Source of the DNA: an uncultured Planctomycetaceae bacterium
Lineage (GTDB): Bacteria > Planctomycetota > Planctomycetia > Planctomycetales > Planctomycetaceae
DNA: 64,000 nt
Direction: 5' to 3'
NCBI GenBank assembly: GCA_963815195.1
Contig: CAWFGE010000018.1
Span: 192,001-256,000, forward strand
In this document: piece after piece, positions 1 to 10,134 of the stretch
Layout of the letters: the number at the start of each line of letters is the position of its first letter
How positions within the stretch are numbered: the first letter of the stretch is position 1
Notes under the pieces: generated by a model
Seen by the model: only the letters and a program-made list of their open reading frames with translations
Told to the model about the DNA's origin: nothing
The model's database searches: none
Program-made: the position numbers and the translations under genes

Positions 1-469
1 GATGCGCCTGCAGGCGGGTCTTGATGTCCTCGAACGTCCGCTCGAAACTCGCCCCGATGCGGTCCATTTTGTTGATGAAGCAAATCCGCGGCACGCCGTA
101 TTTGTTCGCCTGCCGCCAGACCGTTTCGCTCTGGGCCTCCACGCCTTCCACGGCACTGAACACGACGACGGCGCCATCCAGCACCCGCAGGCTCCGCTCC
201 ACCTCCGCCGTGAAATCCACGTGGCCCGGCGTGTCGATCAGGTTGATGTTGACGTTTTTCCATTGGCACGACACCGCCGCCGAGTAAATCGTAATCCCCC
301 GCTCGGCTTCTTCGGTGTCGAAGTCCGTAGCCGTATCGCCGGTGTCCACATTGCCCATCCGGTGCGAAGCGCCGGAGTAGAACAAAATGCGTTCCGTGGT
401 CGTGGTCTTGCCGGCGTCGATATGCGCGACAATTCCGATATTGCGAATGGTTTCTATTGCTCTTGCCAT
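1..469 (-). CDS. fusA: Elongation factor G, 5' part (runs off window start)
   Basis: Manual minus-strand translation from ATG at 469: [33 protein letters not shown]; follows rpsL-rpsG. Confidence 0.96.
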   Translation of the reverse strand, partial: MARAIETIRNIGIVAHIDAGKTTTTERILFYSGASHRMGNVDTGDTATDFDTEEAERGITIYSAAVSCQWKNVNINLIDTPGHVDFTAEVERSLRVLDGAVVVFSAVEGVEAQSETVWRQANKYGVPRICFINKMDRIGASFERTFEDIKTRLQAH

Positions 470-578
470 GGTATTTTCATGATACGAGGCGGGTGGTCAG
501 GAGCCACGGGGAAAACCCCCAATGGCCAGGCACCGATGACCAATTATTTGTTCTGCGTCACGCTTTGACTATGCGAGT

Positions 579-810
579 CGTGTCTTTTTTCACTTTTTCG
601 CTTTACGAAATAACTCCCACTGTAAGCCTTTGGGTGGCTGGGGCGAAAATTCCCCTTGGAGTAAGGCTTGAACTGTGAATGCTGGGGCTGTGGCCCGGCG
701 AGAAAAATCTCACACGGCCCCAGGCCTCAAATCTGCTTTTTCCTTGGAACATTCCATTGCGCCCCAGCCACCCGCCGTGTCTTTTTTCACTTTTTCGCTT
801 TACGAAATAA
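579..810. repeat. 142-bp nested palindromic element (outer IR GGGTGGCTGGGGC at 632-773) flanked by perfect 35-bp direct repeats at 579-613 and 776-810
   Basis: Read directly; homologous element at 52624-52853. Confidence 0.85.
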
Positions 811-880
811 AAAAACGACGCTGGAGAGCCAATCGGGTTTCGATCGGTCTGTCCAGCGCCGGTGTCTCGCGATTCGCGGA

Positions 881-1354
881 TCAATACGCGAAGTGGGCAA
901 AGGCTTTGTTGGCCTCGGCCATGCGGTGCACGTTTTCGCGTTTGGTCATCGAGGCTCCTTCGCGGCGATAGGCGGCCATCAGTTCGTCCGCGAGCCGCAA
1001 GTGCGTAGGACGGCCCCGTTTCGCACGAATGACTTCCAGAATCCAGCGGATGGCCAAGGTCGTCTGGCGTTTGGAATTCACCGGCGTCGGCACCTGATAC
1101 GTCGCCCCGCCGACCCGCTTCGAGCGGACTTCGATGTGTGGTTTGACGTTCTCGATTGCCTGATCGAAGACCTCGATCGGCTCGGCATCGGTGATTTTTT
1201 TCTCGACGATCTCCATCGCATCGTAAAACACCCGCTGAGCCGTGCTTTTTTTGCCGTCGTGCATCAGGCAGTTGATGAACTTCGATGCCATTTTGGACCC
1301 GTAACGCGGATCGGGTTGCAGTTGCGTTTGACTGGCTGTAAACCGTTTTGACAT
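881..1354 (-). CDS. rpsG: 30S ribosomal protein S7
   Basis: [44 protein letters not shown]. Confidence 0.98.
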   Translation of the reverse strand: MSKRFTASQTQLQPDPRYGSKMASKFINCLMHDGKKSTAQRVFYDAMEIVEKKITDAEPIEVFDQAIENVKPHIEVRSKRVGGATYQVPTPVNSKRQTTLAIRWILEVIRAKRGRPTHLRLADELMAAYRREGASMTKRENVHRMAEANKAFAHFAY

Positions 1355-1464
1355 AACCTGTTATTTCCTACAACCGGCACTTGGTAAGATGAAAATCACT
1401 GGAAGCGAACTATTGCGGAAGGGAATCATGGGGCATACGCCCCACGCTCGCTTGATGGTGCGGG

Positions 1465-1836
1465 TTACTTGGGCCGTTTGGCTCCGTAGCGGCTGCGGGC
1501 TTGCCGGCGGTCGCCGACGCCCAGCGTGTCGAGCACGCCGCGGATGATCTTGTACCGGACACCCGGGAGGTCGCGGACCCTTCCGCCACGGACCAGGACG
1601 ATGGAGTGTTCCTGCAGGTTGTGGCCTTCCCCCGGAATGTACGCCGTGATTTCCTTGCCGTTGGATAGCCGCACGCGGGCCACCTTCCGCAGAGCCGAGT
1701 TCGGCTTTTTGGGGGTGACGGTTTTCACATTGAGGCATACGCCGCGTTTCTGCGGGCAGCCTTCCAAAACGGGGGTTTTGCTTTTGGTTTTCTGTTGTTT
1801 CCGCGGTTTGCGGACCAACTGGTTGATTGTGGGCAT
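1465..1836 (-). CDS. rpsL: 30S ribosomal protein S12
   Basis: [39 protein letters not shown]. Confidence 0.98.
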   Translation of the reverse strand: MPTINQLVRKPRKQQKTKSKTPVLEGCPQKRGVCLNVKTVTPKKPNSALRKVARVRLSNGKEITAYIPGEGHNLQEHSIVLVRGGRVRDLPGVRYKIIRGVLDTLGVGDRRQARSRYGAKRPK

Positions 1837-1956
1837 TGCCTCAAACCTTGCCTGGTTTTGTTGCCAATTCCTGCGCTCTCGACAATTCGAGAAACGCCAT
1901 TCTTGGGGATACGCCGGCACTCGGCCGGATTTTCACAAGAAAGGACGGAAACGTGA

Positions 1957-1985
1957 AATTTATCGGCCGGGTTCCCGACCGTCAA
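1957..1985 (-). promoter_or_regulatory. Putative sigma70 promoter of the str operon
   Basis: TTGACG-17 nt-TAAATT upstream of rpsL. Confidence 0.55.
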
Positions 1986-2109
1986 GCGACCGCCGCCGCG
2001 CGGAGGAAGAAAAATCGATGTCGCACGTTTCTGCCGTGGGGATTTTACAGAACCATCATTATCCGCGGCGAGCAGTCACCGGCTTCCGTAGAGACTCCAG
2101 CGGCAGCTC

Positions 2110-2608
2110 TCAAAGCGCGGGGACCATCAAATCCGCCGCGAGGCTCAACATGCGGATTTCGGACTCCGAATAAACCCGGGGCTCGACGGTTTGCACGACC
2201 AGGACGCCCTCCAGGCCGGTTTTCCATCCGATCGGCACCCCCAAAAAGGATTCGTAAGGCTCCTCGCCGGCTTCGGGGAAATATTTGAACTGGGGGTGCT
2301 GCATGGCGTGGGCTTCAACCATGACCGGCTCCTGGGTCGCCGCCACTTGCCCGGACAGGCCATCGCCGATTTTCAGCCGCAGTTTCCCGACGCAATCCTG
2401 TCGCAAACCAACGGTGGCCGCGAGCACAATTTCTTCCCGGCCCCGATCCAGGTGGTACACCGAGCACACATCGCAAAAAAACCGATTGCCCACGAGGCAG
2501 GCGATGTTCGACACATTCCGGAGCGGTTCGCCAGGGTTCAGCGCAAGTGCGGATTTCCCAAAGGGTTTTGAGCAGTTCGCTTTCTTCGGAGCGCGGAGGA
2601 TGATTCAT
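2110..2608 (-). CDS. Stand-alone GAF-domain protein (PtsP/EI-Ntr N-terminal-like), probable frameshift near 2515
   Basis: CDVCSVY..LAATVGL..GLSGQVA..HPQFKYFPEAGEEPYESFLGVPI; N-terminus lies in another frame (ORF 2315..2614). Confidence 0.75.
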
Positions 2609-2872
2609 GGACAATCGAGCGGTTCAAGATGGAAACGGAGATTTTCAGGTGGAGATCGAGAGAATTGTCGCAATCGCCGAGGCGAAAGTCGAGGGATGGG
2701 CCGAGGAGGAAACGCTTCGCCCGCAGTCATTTCGGTAGGCTCGGCAATTAATGTGCACTTTCCATGCCGGAACTTGCGAGACCTGACGAATTGTAAATGG
2801 CGCCGCGCCGGACAGGAGACTGCGGACAAATTCAGCATTTCCCGCCCATAATTCAAGCAATCTGCAGCTCGT

Positions 2873-3752
2873 TCACTTCGACAAAGGCAGCACATCGACG
2901 GAGACGTCGAGGGTGTGCTCGCCGCCGCCGACAAAAACGCCTTTGAGCGGGCACACATCGCCATAATCCCGCCCCCACGCCAAGGTGATGTGCTCGTCGG
3001 TCACCGGCTTGTTGTTGGTGGGGTCGAAATCGATCCAGCCCAACTCCCCGCCGAAAACGCTCACCCAGGCGTGCGAGGCATCCGCTCCCACGAGGCGGGG
3101 CTTTCCCGGGGGCGGGTAGGTTCGCAGATACCCGCTCACATACCGGGCCGCCAGTCCCAGCGCGGAGCACGGCGAGTTCCAAGTGCGCAAAATCCTGGCA
3201 AACGCCTTTCCGGTTTTGCAACACCTCTTCGATCGGCGTGTTGACCGACGTGGCCCGCGGATCGAATTCAAAATCCGCGTGAATTTGAGCGGTGAGCGCC
3301 ATCACCGCCTCCACGATCGGCCGCTTGGGGGCAAAGGCTTTTTGGCCGTAGGCTTTCAGTTCGCGGGAAACGGGCACGCGGGGGGATTCAAACCGGAACG
3401 TCGCCGCCTCGAGCGCGGCGGGATCTCGACACAGACGGAGTTGCTCCGCGACAGATTCCCAAGCCGGCCCGGATTCGGGAGGCTCCGCCGCCGGCTGACC
3501 GTGCACATCCACCCGGCTGACGGTCTTAATCTCCAAAGTCTCAAACCCATTGTTGAATGAAAAATACACGAGCGGGTTGTCGAAATAATCCGTCCGCCGG
3601 CCGGAAATCGACGGAGCGGGCGTGATGTTCAAACGGTGGAAATCGCAGACCTGCCGGTCAAAAGTGCGCGGCGTGAGATAGGCTTCGTTATGGCACACCG
3701 AAACCGGATCGGAATAGTGGTAGGTGGTGATGTGCGTGATGCGGTATTTCAC
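2873..3752 (-). CDS. Transglutaminase-like protein (N-terminal Bact_transglu domain plus catalytic core), frameshift near 3160
   Basis: YRITHITTYHY, GVCQDFAH, then in the second frame ARYVSGYL, SHAWV, DFDPTN, GRDYGDV. Confidence 0.9.
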
Positions 3753-3825
3753 AGAACCCAATCCGAAAGAGATTTGATCCCGTGATTTTAATACGCCGTT
3801 CGCGATTTTGCGCGATCTCGCTCCG

Positions 3826-4131
3826 GAAAATCCGAAATCCGAATCTCGAAATCCGCAACAAATCCCAATGATCGACATTCAGTCGTTCCCAAAGGCGCGA
3901 AAAAGGAATTGGTTCCCCAAGAGCCGCGCACGAAGTAAGCGGTTTTTCTAGTCTACAGATCGCAATACCGCTTACTTCGTTCGCGGCTCCGGCGTTTTTT
4001 GGAATGATCGAAATTCCAATATCGAAACCCCGTACGCCGGAGTGTGCTCTATCAATCCAGGGCCTTGTTTGGGAGATTTGGATTTCTGGTTTTGGATTTG
4101 TTTCGAATTTCGGATTTCGTGCTTCGGATTT
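3826..4131. repeat. Inverted pair of heptamer-periodic (AAATCCG-like) tracts at 3826-3866 and 4072-4131, enclosing a REP doublet
   Basis: aaatccgaaatccgaatctcgaaatccg versus tttcgaatttcggatttcgtgcttcggattt. Confidence 0.7.
3921..3989. repeat. REP-like doublet, family A (GAGCCGCGCACGMAGTMAGCGG)
   Basis: Inverted arms at 3921-3942 and 3968-3989; same unit at 11091-11312 and 29334-29403. Confidence 0.85.
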
Positions 4132-4236
4132 TTACCAAGAAATGCGCATCGAACGCAAAAACCGGCGTGCCGCGGGATGATCTCCCTCGGCACGCCGGGA
4201 ATTTGTGTTGGATTGGCGGTGAGACGGATGTCTCGG

Positions 4237-5460
4237 TTAGTTCCTGCGCACCGGTTGTTGCCGGGCACCGGGAGTTTGGGGCACCTGGCCTGCGGTGCGC
4301 GGCGGGGCGGTGCGCGGGGGATAACTCTGCGTCCCCGGCACGCCCGGTTTTTGGTGGGAAGTCTGTTCCACGTCGGCCCCGCTGACGGTGCCTTTCAGGT
4401 AATTGTCCACGCGGGCCGCCTTTTTCAGGTTATCGAACACGTTGGCCACGGCTTCTTGGGTTTTATCCTCGACCAACGCGGCATACAGTTCGCTGCGGAT
4501 TTCCGGGGTCATGGCTTTGACGTGCGGATCGGTGCGGCCTTCGCATTTGAGGAGCACAAACCGGCTGAAGCCAACCTGGATCACCGGCGAAATCTCGCCC
4601 GGCTTCATGGCGAAGGCGGCTTTTTCCAGTTCCGCGTTCCCGCCATGCTGGCGAATCGGGGGAATCGTGCCGCCCATCGCTTTGCTGTTGGGTTCGATGG
4701 AGTGCTCTTGCGCGAGCTTTTCGAAATTCTCGGGATTCTTGCGGGCCTCGGACCAGACGGTCTGGGCATGACGGGTGTTGTCGAACATGATCATCTTCGC
4801 CATGACCCGCTCGCCATAGGCGCTTTCAAACGCCTTTTGCAGGTCGGCTTCGGTGACATCGACTCTGTTGCCGGCGATCTTTTTGAGGGCGAGCATCGGC
4901 CAGATCACGTCCCGGCGGTATTGCAGCGGGGACAGGTTTCGCTCGGCTTGGAGCATCTGATACCAGTTGTCCGGCGTGAGGTTGAACTTATTGGCGATCC
5001 GGGCGATTTCCTGGTCCACCTCTTCGTTGGTGACCTGGATGCCTCGCTCCTGGCAGGCCTGGTAAATGATCGTGCGGTTGATGATGTTTTCCAGAACGTC
5101 TTCGCCGTAGCGGAGCATGCACTCTTCGGCCACCACTTCCCAGGGAATCACCTGCGTGCCCACGCGGGCCAGCGGCCGGCGGGTGGCCATGTTCTGGGCG
5201 GCCCCCGAAGCGTTCGCCGTGCCGGTTTGGGCCGAGGCCTCGTCCTGCTTGAGGACCTGGAACAGTCCGACCGCCAGGCCCGCAATCGCCAGCGTTCCGC
5301 CGGCGAGGAAGGCGAGCTTCTGTTTGCGGCTGAAGCGTTTCTTCTGCGGCGTTTTCTCCGATTGCGGAGGCGCGGCCGGCGCGGGTTCGGCATTCATCGT
5401 GAACTCGCCCACTGACTGACCTTGGGGCGTGCCTTCGGGGGAGTGAGTCCGTTCACTCAT
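4237..5460 (-). CDS. PpiC/parvulin-type peptidyl-prolyl isomerase (PrsA/SurA-like foldase)
   Basis: TM anchor, SurA-like helical part, FEKLAQEHSIEPNSKAMGG, ELEKAAFAMKPGEISPVI; start codon approximate. Confidence 0.85.
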   Translation of the reverse strand: MSERTHSPEGTPQGQSVGEFTMNAEPAPAAPPQSEKTPQKKRFSRKQKLAFLAGGTLAIAGLAVGLFQVLKQDEASAQTGTANASGAAQNMATRRPLARVGTQVIPWEVVAEECMLRYGEDVLENIINRTIIYQACQERGIQVTNEEVDQEIARIANKFNLTPDNWYQMLQAERNLSPLQYRRDVIWPMLALKKIAGNRVDVTEADLQKAFESAYGERVMAKMIMFDNTRHAQTVWSEARKNPENFEKLAQEHSIEPNSKAMGGTIPPIRQHGGNAELEKAAFAMKPGEISPVIQVGFSRFVLLKCEGRTDPHVKAMTPEIRSELYAALVEDKTQEAVANVFDNLKKAARVDNYLKGTVSGADVEQTSHQKPGVPGTQSYPPRTAPPRTAGQVPQTPGARQQPVRRN

Positions 5461-5660
5461 TAGACAGGGTCTCCGAAATGTGAAAGAAGAAAAGGGTTGC
5501 GATTCAAGTTCCTGTTGACACAAGCCGGGAAAATCGTCCCGCCATCGGAAAATCGGGCGGACTATAGAAATTCCGCGAATTTGGGTCAAGTTGGATTCCC
5601 AAACGGCCGAGAAGCCAAGTGCACGCGCCAGATTACCCAGTCGTTCCGAATTACGGAAAA

Positions 5661-5882
5661 GGACCGGAGGTCCGGCTCTATGTCAGCCCTGGGAATGGTA
5701 ACGAACAAAATCCAAAAGCCCCAACGGGGCGGTCTTAAACTAAAGCGGCGCGGGATTGATGAGGCCGCGCCTGCCCGTGAGCCAGATCGGGCCGCCCCGT
5801 TGGGGCTTGCATTTTATTCATTCGTAACCCAGGGCGGCACTGCGCTGGCCCTGGGCTGACATAGGGCCGGGCCTTCGGCCCT
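5661..5882. repeat. Long multi-stem palindromic intergenic element (REP/MITE-like)
   Basis: ccggctctatgtcagccc / gggctgacatagggccgg and aagccccaacggggcgg / ccgccccgttggggctt. Confidence 0.75.
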
Positions 5883-6031
5883 AAATCCTTTTGGTGCAGG
5901 CGTCTCATCTGCGAATTCAGTAGGACGGTTGCACCACAATCACACGAAATCTAGAACGACTGGATCTGTGGAGATGTTCGCGTGCGTCGGTTTCCGACAA
6001 GCCCCGCCGGACCTCGAACACGTTTCCGTTG

Positions 6032-6457
6032 TCATCCTGCCGAAGGACGATCCAGCGGATCTTGGATTGGGATGTTTCGGTCGTCATTCTGTTGTTCCAA
6101 TTCGTCCCACCCGTTGGATTCCCTCGGCGGCTCTACCCACCAATTCTCCGCCTGTTTCTTCTGATGATCCTTCCATGCGGCATAACTCGTGTAAGGAATC
6201 GTCACAGGCAAAGTGGCGACATCGCCAACGAGGCTCAGGGGAAGATCAATGACGGATAACGGTTTATTGACGATGTCTTCGACGACACCATACCCATTGA
6301 CGGCGATATGAACATCATGGGCCACGCCTCCAAAGGGGAACATGCGCGGAAAGGGCCCGCCATCCAAGAAGTTCCAACACGTCCCGCAGCCGGATGCCGC
6401 TCCGAGGAACCAGATCAATGCGATCCAGCAATATCGAGTGCGGAATCTTGCTGGCAC
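6032..6457 (-). CDS. YceK/YidQ (DUF1375)-like lipoprotein
   Basis: Lipobox ASGC followed by GT; FGGV..D; DLPLSLVGDVATLP motif. Confidence 0.7.
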   Translation of the reverse strand: MPARFRTRYCWIALIWFLGAASGCGTCWNFLDGGPFPRMFPFGGVAHDVHIAVNGYGVVEDIVNKPLSVIDLPLSLVGDVATLPVTIPYTSYAAWKDHQKKQAENWWVEPPRESNGWDELEQQNDDRNIPIQDPLDRPSAG

Positions 6458-6483
6458 GATGGCAGATGCGGCCGCGGGGAATG

Positions 6484-7623
6484 TTACGAACCGACGGTTT
6501 GTTTATCCGCTTCTTGCGAATCCGCGTCGACTTGGAGTTGCACGAGTTCGGCCGGGGCGGGTGCGGCTTGTTTGCCGGCGAGGGTGGGGAGGTCGTCGAG
6601 CGATTCAGGCTTCGCACCGAGGAGCGTGAGTTTCACCGTGGCCAGAAAGCCTTTGAGGCTCCCGAAGGTTTCGGAGACGGCGGTCGGTTCGTAGCCGCAG
6701 TGGACCATGCAGTCCTGGCAGTTGTCGTTGCCGCTCTGCCGGCCGTAATTGCTCCATTCGGTCGTGTCGAGCAGCTCCTGGAAGCTCTCGCAATAGCCTT
6801 CCTGCAGCAAATAGCAGGGCCGTTGCCAGCCGAAGAGGTTGTACGTGGGATTGCCCCAAGGCGTGCATTCCAGATCCCAACGGCCTTTGAGGAATTCCAA
6901 AAACAACGGCGACTGGTTGAACTTCCAGCGGCGTTTGATTGTGGAAAACACCCGGCGGAACAGGCTGATGGTTTCGTTCCTGTGCAGGAAATGCTCCTGG
7001 TCGGGGGCTTTTTCGTAGGGGTAACCGGGCGAGAGCATCATGCCTTCCACGCCGATGTCCGAGAGCGTGTCGAACATCTCCCGCACGCGCTGGGGGTCGG
7101 CGGTGTTGAACAGCGTGGTGTTGGTCGTCACGCGGAAGCCCTGGTCGATCGCCGACTTAATCGCGCGCACCGCGACATCATAAACCCCCTCCCGGCACAC
7201 GGCTTCGTCGTGTTCTTCCTTGGGCCCGTCCAAGTGCACCGAAAACGTCAGATACTTGGAAGGCTGGAACTTGTGAAGGTGCTGCTCCAAGAGGATCGCG
7301 TTGGTGCACAGATAGATGTAGCGTTTTTGCGCGACGAGGCCTTCTACGATCTCTTGGATGTCCGGATGCAAGAGCGGCTCGCCGCCGGGGATCGAGACAA
7401 TCGGGGCCCCGCATTCTTCCGCGGCGTTCAAACACTGCTCGACGGAGAGGTGCTTGCGGAGGATCTCGGCGGGATATTGAATCTTCCCGCAACCCGCGCA
7501 CGCCAGATTGCAGCGAAATAACGGCTCCAGCATCAAAACGGTGGGGTATCTTTTGACGCCTCGCAGTTTTTTTCCGAGAACATAGGTGGCCACGGTCCAC
7601 ATTTGCGACACGGGAACCGCCAT
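6484..7623 (-). CDS. hpnH: Hopanoid biosynthesis radical SAM adenosyl-hopene transferase
   Basis: LMLEPLFRCNLACAGCGKIQYP, CTPWGNPT, WQRPCYLL, CQDCMVHCGYEPTAV. Confidence 0.95.
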   Translation of the reverse strand: MAVPVSQMWTVATYVLGKKLRGVKRYPTVLMLEPLFRCNLACAGCGKIQYPAEILRKHLSVEQCLNAAEECGAPIVSIPGGEPLLHPDIQEIVEGLVAQKRYIYLCTNAILLEQHLHKFQPSKYLTFSVHLDGPKEEHDEAVCREGVYDVAVRAIKSAIDQGFRVTTNTTLFNTADPQRVREMFDTLSDIGVEGMMLSPGYPYEKAPDQEHFLHRNETISLFRRVFSTIKRRWKFNQSPLFLEFLKGRWDLECTPWGNPTYNLFGWQRPCYLLQEGYCESFQELLDTTEWSNYGRQSGNDNCQDCMVHCGYEPTAVSETFGSLKGFLATVKLTLLGAKPESLDDLPTLAGKQAAPAPAELVQLQVDADSQEADKQTVGS

Positions 7624-7894
7624 TCGATTACTCCCTTTAAGCTATTGAGATGATTCGACTTAAGATGTATGGGCGTCATAACAGGTTTTATCCGTCCTGT
7701 CAGCCCCAAATCGCCTGACCCACAGAGTTTTTCCCCGGAGCGGGGAATTTCCCCCTATTGGCCCTTTCCGTTCGACCGGGGCTGGATTCCAATACGAAGA
7801 ATGTCCGAAAGAGTCCTTCGGGCTGAAGTCGAGGGAGCCGTCCGTCAGAAACGGGAATTCGCACGAGGACCGACCAGAGAATTTTGGAGTCCGC

Positions 7895-8182
7895 ATGAAA
7901 GTTATTCCCATTGGCGACAAAGTCGTCGTGCAGCGCGTCGAAGCCGAGACCACCTCGACCGGCGGGATTGTGCTTCCCGAATCGGCACAGGATCACCCCG
8001 CCCGCGGCCGCGTGCTCAGCGTCGGCACCGGGGCCGTCCAACGCAACGGCACCCGCCGGCCGTTCCAGGTCAAAGAAGGCGACCGGGTGATCTTTTCCCC
8101 GTGGGCCGGCACCGAGGTCAAAATCGACGGCGAAGAACTCCTGGTCATGTCGGAATCCGACATCCTGGCGGTGCTTTCATAA
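7895..8182 (+). CDS. groES: Co-chaperonin GroES (no adjacent groEL)
   Basis: PIGDKVVVQR..STGGIVLPESAQ..GRVLSVGTG..VKEGDRVIF..ESDILAV. Confidence 0.93.
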   Translation: MKVIPIGDKVVVQRVEAETTSTGGIVLPESAQDHPARGRVLSVGTGAVQRNGTRRPFQVKEGDRVIFSPWAGTEVKIDGEELLVMSESDILAVLS

Positions 8183-8292
8183 CAGCGGAGAGCGACCCGG
8201 AGGGGACCCGGCCAAGAGCGGAGAGCCAAACCCAAAACTTTTGAATCATCGCCTGTGGCCTTTGCTCCTAAGTGGCCTTTGCCCCTGAAACC

Positions 8293-9464
8293 ATGCGAAT
8301 CGCCGAACTTGTCGCCTACCACGTGCGCATCCGGTTGAAGAAACCCATCCGCCACGCCTCGCATACGCGGTCGGAAACCGATTCGATCGTGGTGAAGTGC
8401 ACGCTCGATGTAGGCAACGTCGGTTGGGGCGAAGGCTTGCCCCGCGAATATGTCACCGGCGAGACCATCGACACCGTCCACACGCAAGTCCGCGACATCG
8501 ATTGGCGATCCCAATTGGGCGGGACGTTTCAAAACTTGCACGAGGCGATTGCGGTCTGCGATCAAATCTCATTGCCCCGGCCTTCCGGTGTCCGCGATTG
8601 CTTTGGCAATTCGCTCAGGTGCGCGGTGGAGTTGAGTCTTCTGGATGCCGCGGCCGCGCGGAGGGCGTGCCGTTGTCGCGGGTGACGACGCTGGTTCCCG
8701 AAGCCTTGGCGATTGCGAAGCCGCGGGACCGCGTGCGCTACAGCGGTGCGATCACCACCTCGGGCAAATGGGGGCAGCGGATCAAGGCCTGGAAAATGCG
8801 GTTGTTCGGGTTTCATCAGGTGAAGGTGAAAGTCGGAGCCGAGGGCGTGGACGATGCCGACGCCCTTCGCCGAATCCGAAAGATCGTCGGCCCGAAGGTC
8901 GATCTCCGCCTGGACGCCAACGAAGCCTGGACCCCTGAGACGTTGGAGAAAAAACTCGCCCCGCTTTTGCCGTTCGATGTCACTTCGCTCGAGCAACCCG
9001 TGCCTCACGAGCAAGTGGACGGGTTGGCGAACGTCCGGCCGCGGATGGAAACCCCGATCATGCTCGACGAGTCGCTGTGCAGCGCTTCGGACGGGCAGCG
9101 GGCGATCGAAGAAGGCCTCTGCGATTTGTTCAACTTGCGACTCTCCAAGTGCGGCGGGTTTTTGCCGTCGCTCAGATTGGCGGCGATGGCCCACCGCGCG
9201 GGCTTGGGTTACCAGTTGGGCTGCCAGGTGGGGGAAACCGGAATTCTTTCCGCCGCGGGCCGGCATTTCGCGGCGTCCGTCGATCACATCCGGTATCTGG
9301 AAGGCAGCTACGATCATTTCCTCGTCAAAGAACGGCTCACCCAAGAAGACCTGACCTTCGGCTACGGCGGTTTCGCCCCCGCGCTCACGAAGCCGGGTTT
9401 AGGGATTCACATCGATCCGGCTCAGTTGGCTCAGGTCACGCGGGCGGAATGGCGAATGGTCTAA
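8293..9464 (+). CDS. Enolase-superfamily enzyme (dipeptide epimerase/muconate cycloisomerase-like), frameshift near 8660
   Basis: GWGEGLPREYVTGET, KVKVG, RLDANEAW, EQP, DES, NLRLSKCGG. Confidence 0.88.
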
Positions 9465-9489
9465 GTGGCTTTCCCATAAGTGGGATTTG

Positions 9490-9556
9490 GTGAGCGGCAA
9501 GGCGCTAGCCGCCGGTTCCGCGCGCAAAAACCGGCGGCTAGCGCCTTGCCGCGCAC
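9490..9556. repeat. REP-like doublet, family C (GGCGCTAGCCGCCGG)
   Basis: Near-perfect 28-bp inverted repeat; related units near 19171, 24856 and 51728-51826. Confidence 0.8.
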
Positions 9557-9767
9557 AGCGGCCAACAGTCTTGCGAAATTCGAGCGGGTGTCTTACGTTT
9601 CCCTTTGGCATTCTGCCGCGCGCATTGGGCAACAAACCCTCATGGTGTGAATTGGGACGGGCCGCTATAATCCGGGTTGGGCATTGATCTGAACATTTCC
9701 CCCGGCGGGGATTGAGATTTTCCGCGCGTGGAATGGATTTCCTCCAACAAAAAAAGAGGTGGTGCCG

Positions 9768-10089
9768 ATGGCTTTGTATGAGATCGAAACGAACGCCCAC
9801 ATCATGATCGGGTGGGCCGAGTCGCAAGAGGACGCCGTGAAACTGGCGGCGGAGCATTATCCCGAGGAAGACGTTGTCCGCGTAACCAAGCGGCCCCGCG
9901 ACATCTGGGTGATCTCCAAAGCGATGCTGGGCGTCAAAGGCACGAGCGAGCCGTCGGACGCCGCCCGCGATTGCCTGGCCCGCGCGGGGCGACAAGCTCC
10001 ACGCCATCCGGTTGTATATGCTCGACACGGGTGCCGATCTCCACGAAGCCCAACGCGCCATCGAAACCAACATGTCGCTCGGATGGTAA
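9768..10089 (+). CDS. Small conserved planctomycete protein (DUF6793-like), frameshift near 9985
   Basis: MALYEIETNAHIMIGWAE..KRPRDIWVISK..ARDCL, then in a shifted frame GDKLHAIRLYM..IETNMSLGW*; family name from recall. Confidence 0.65.
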
Positions 10090-10134
10090 ACCTTGAGCGG
10101 CACAGGCCACAACGTCGAGAGCCAAGAGCGGCGG

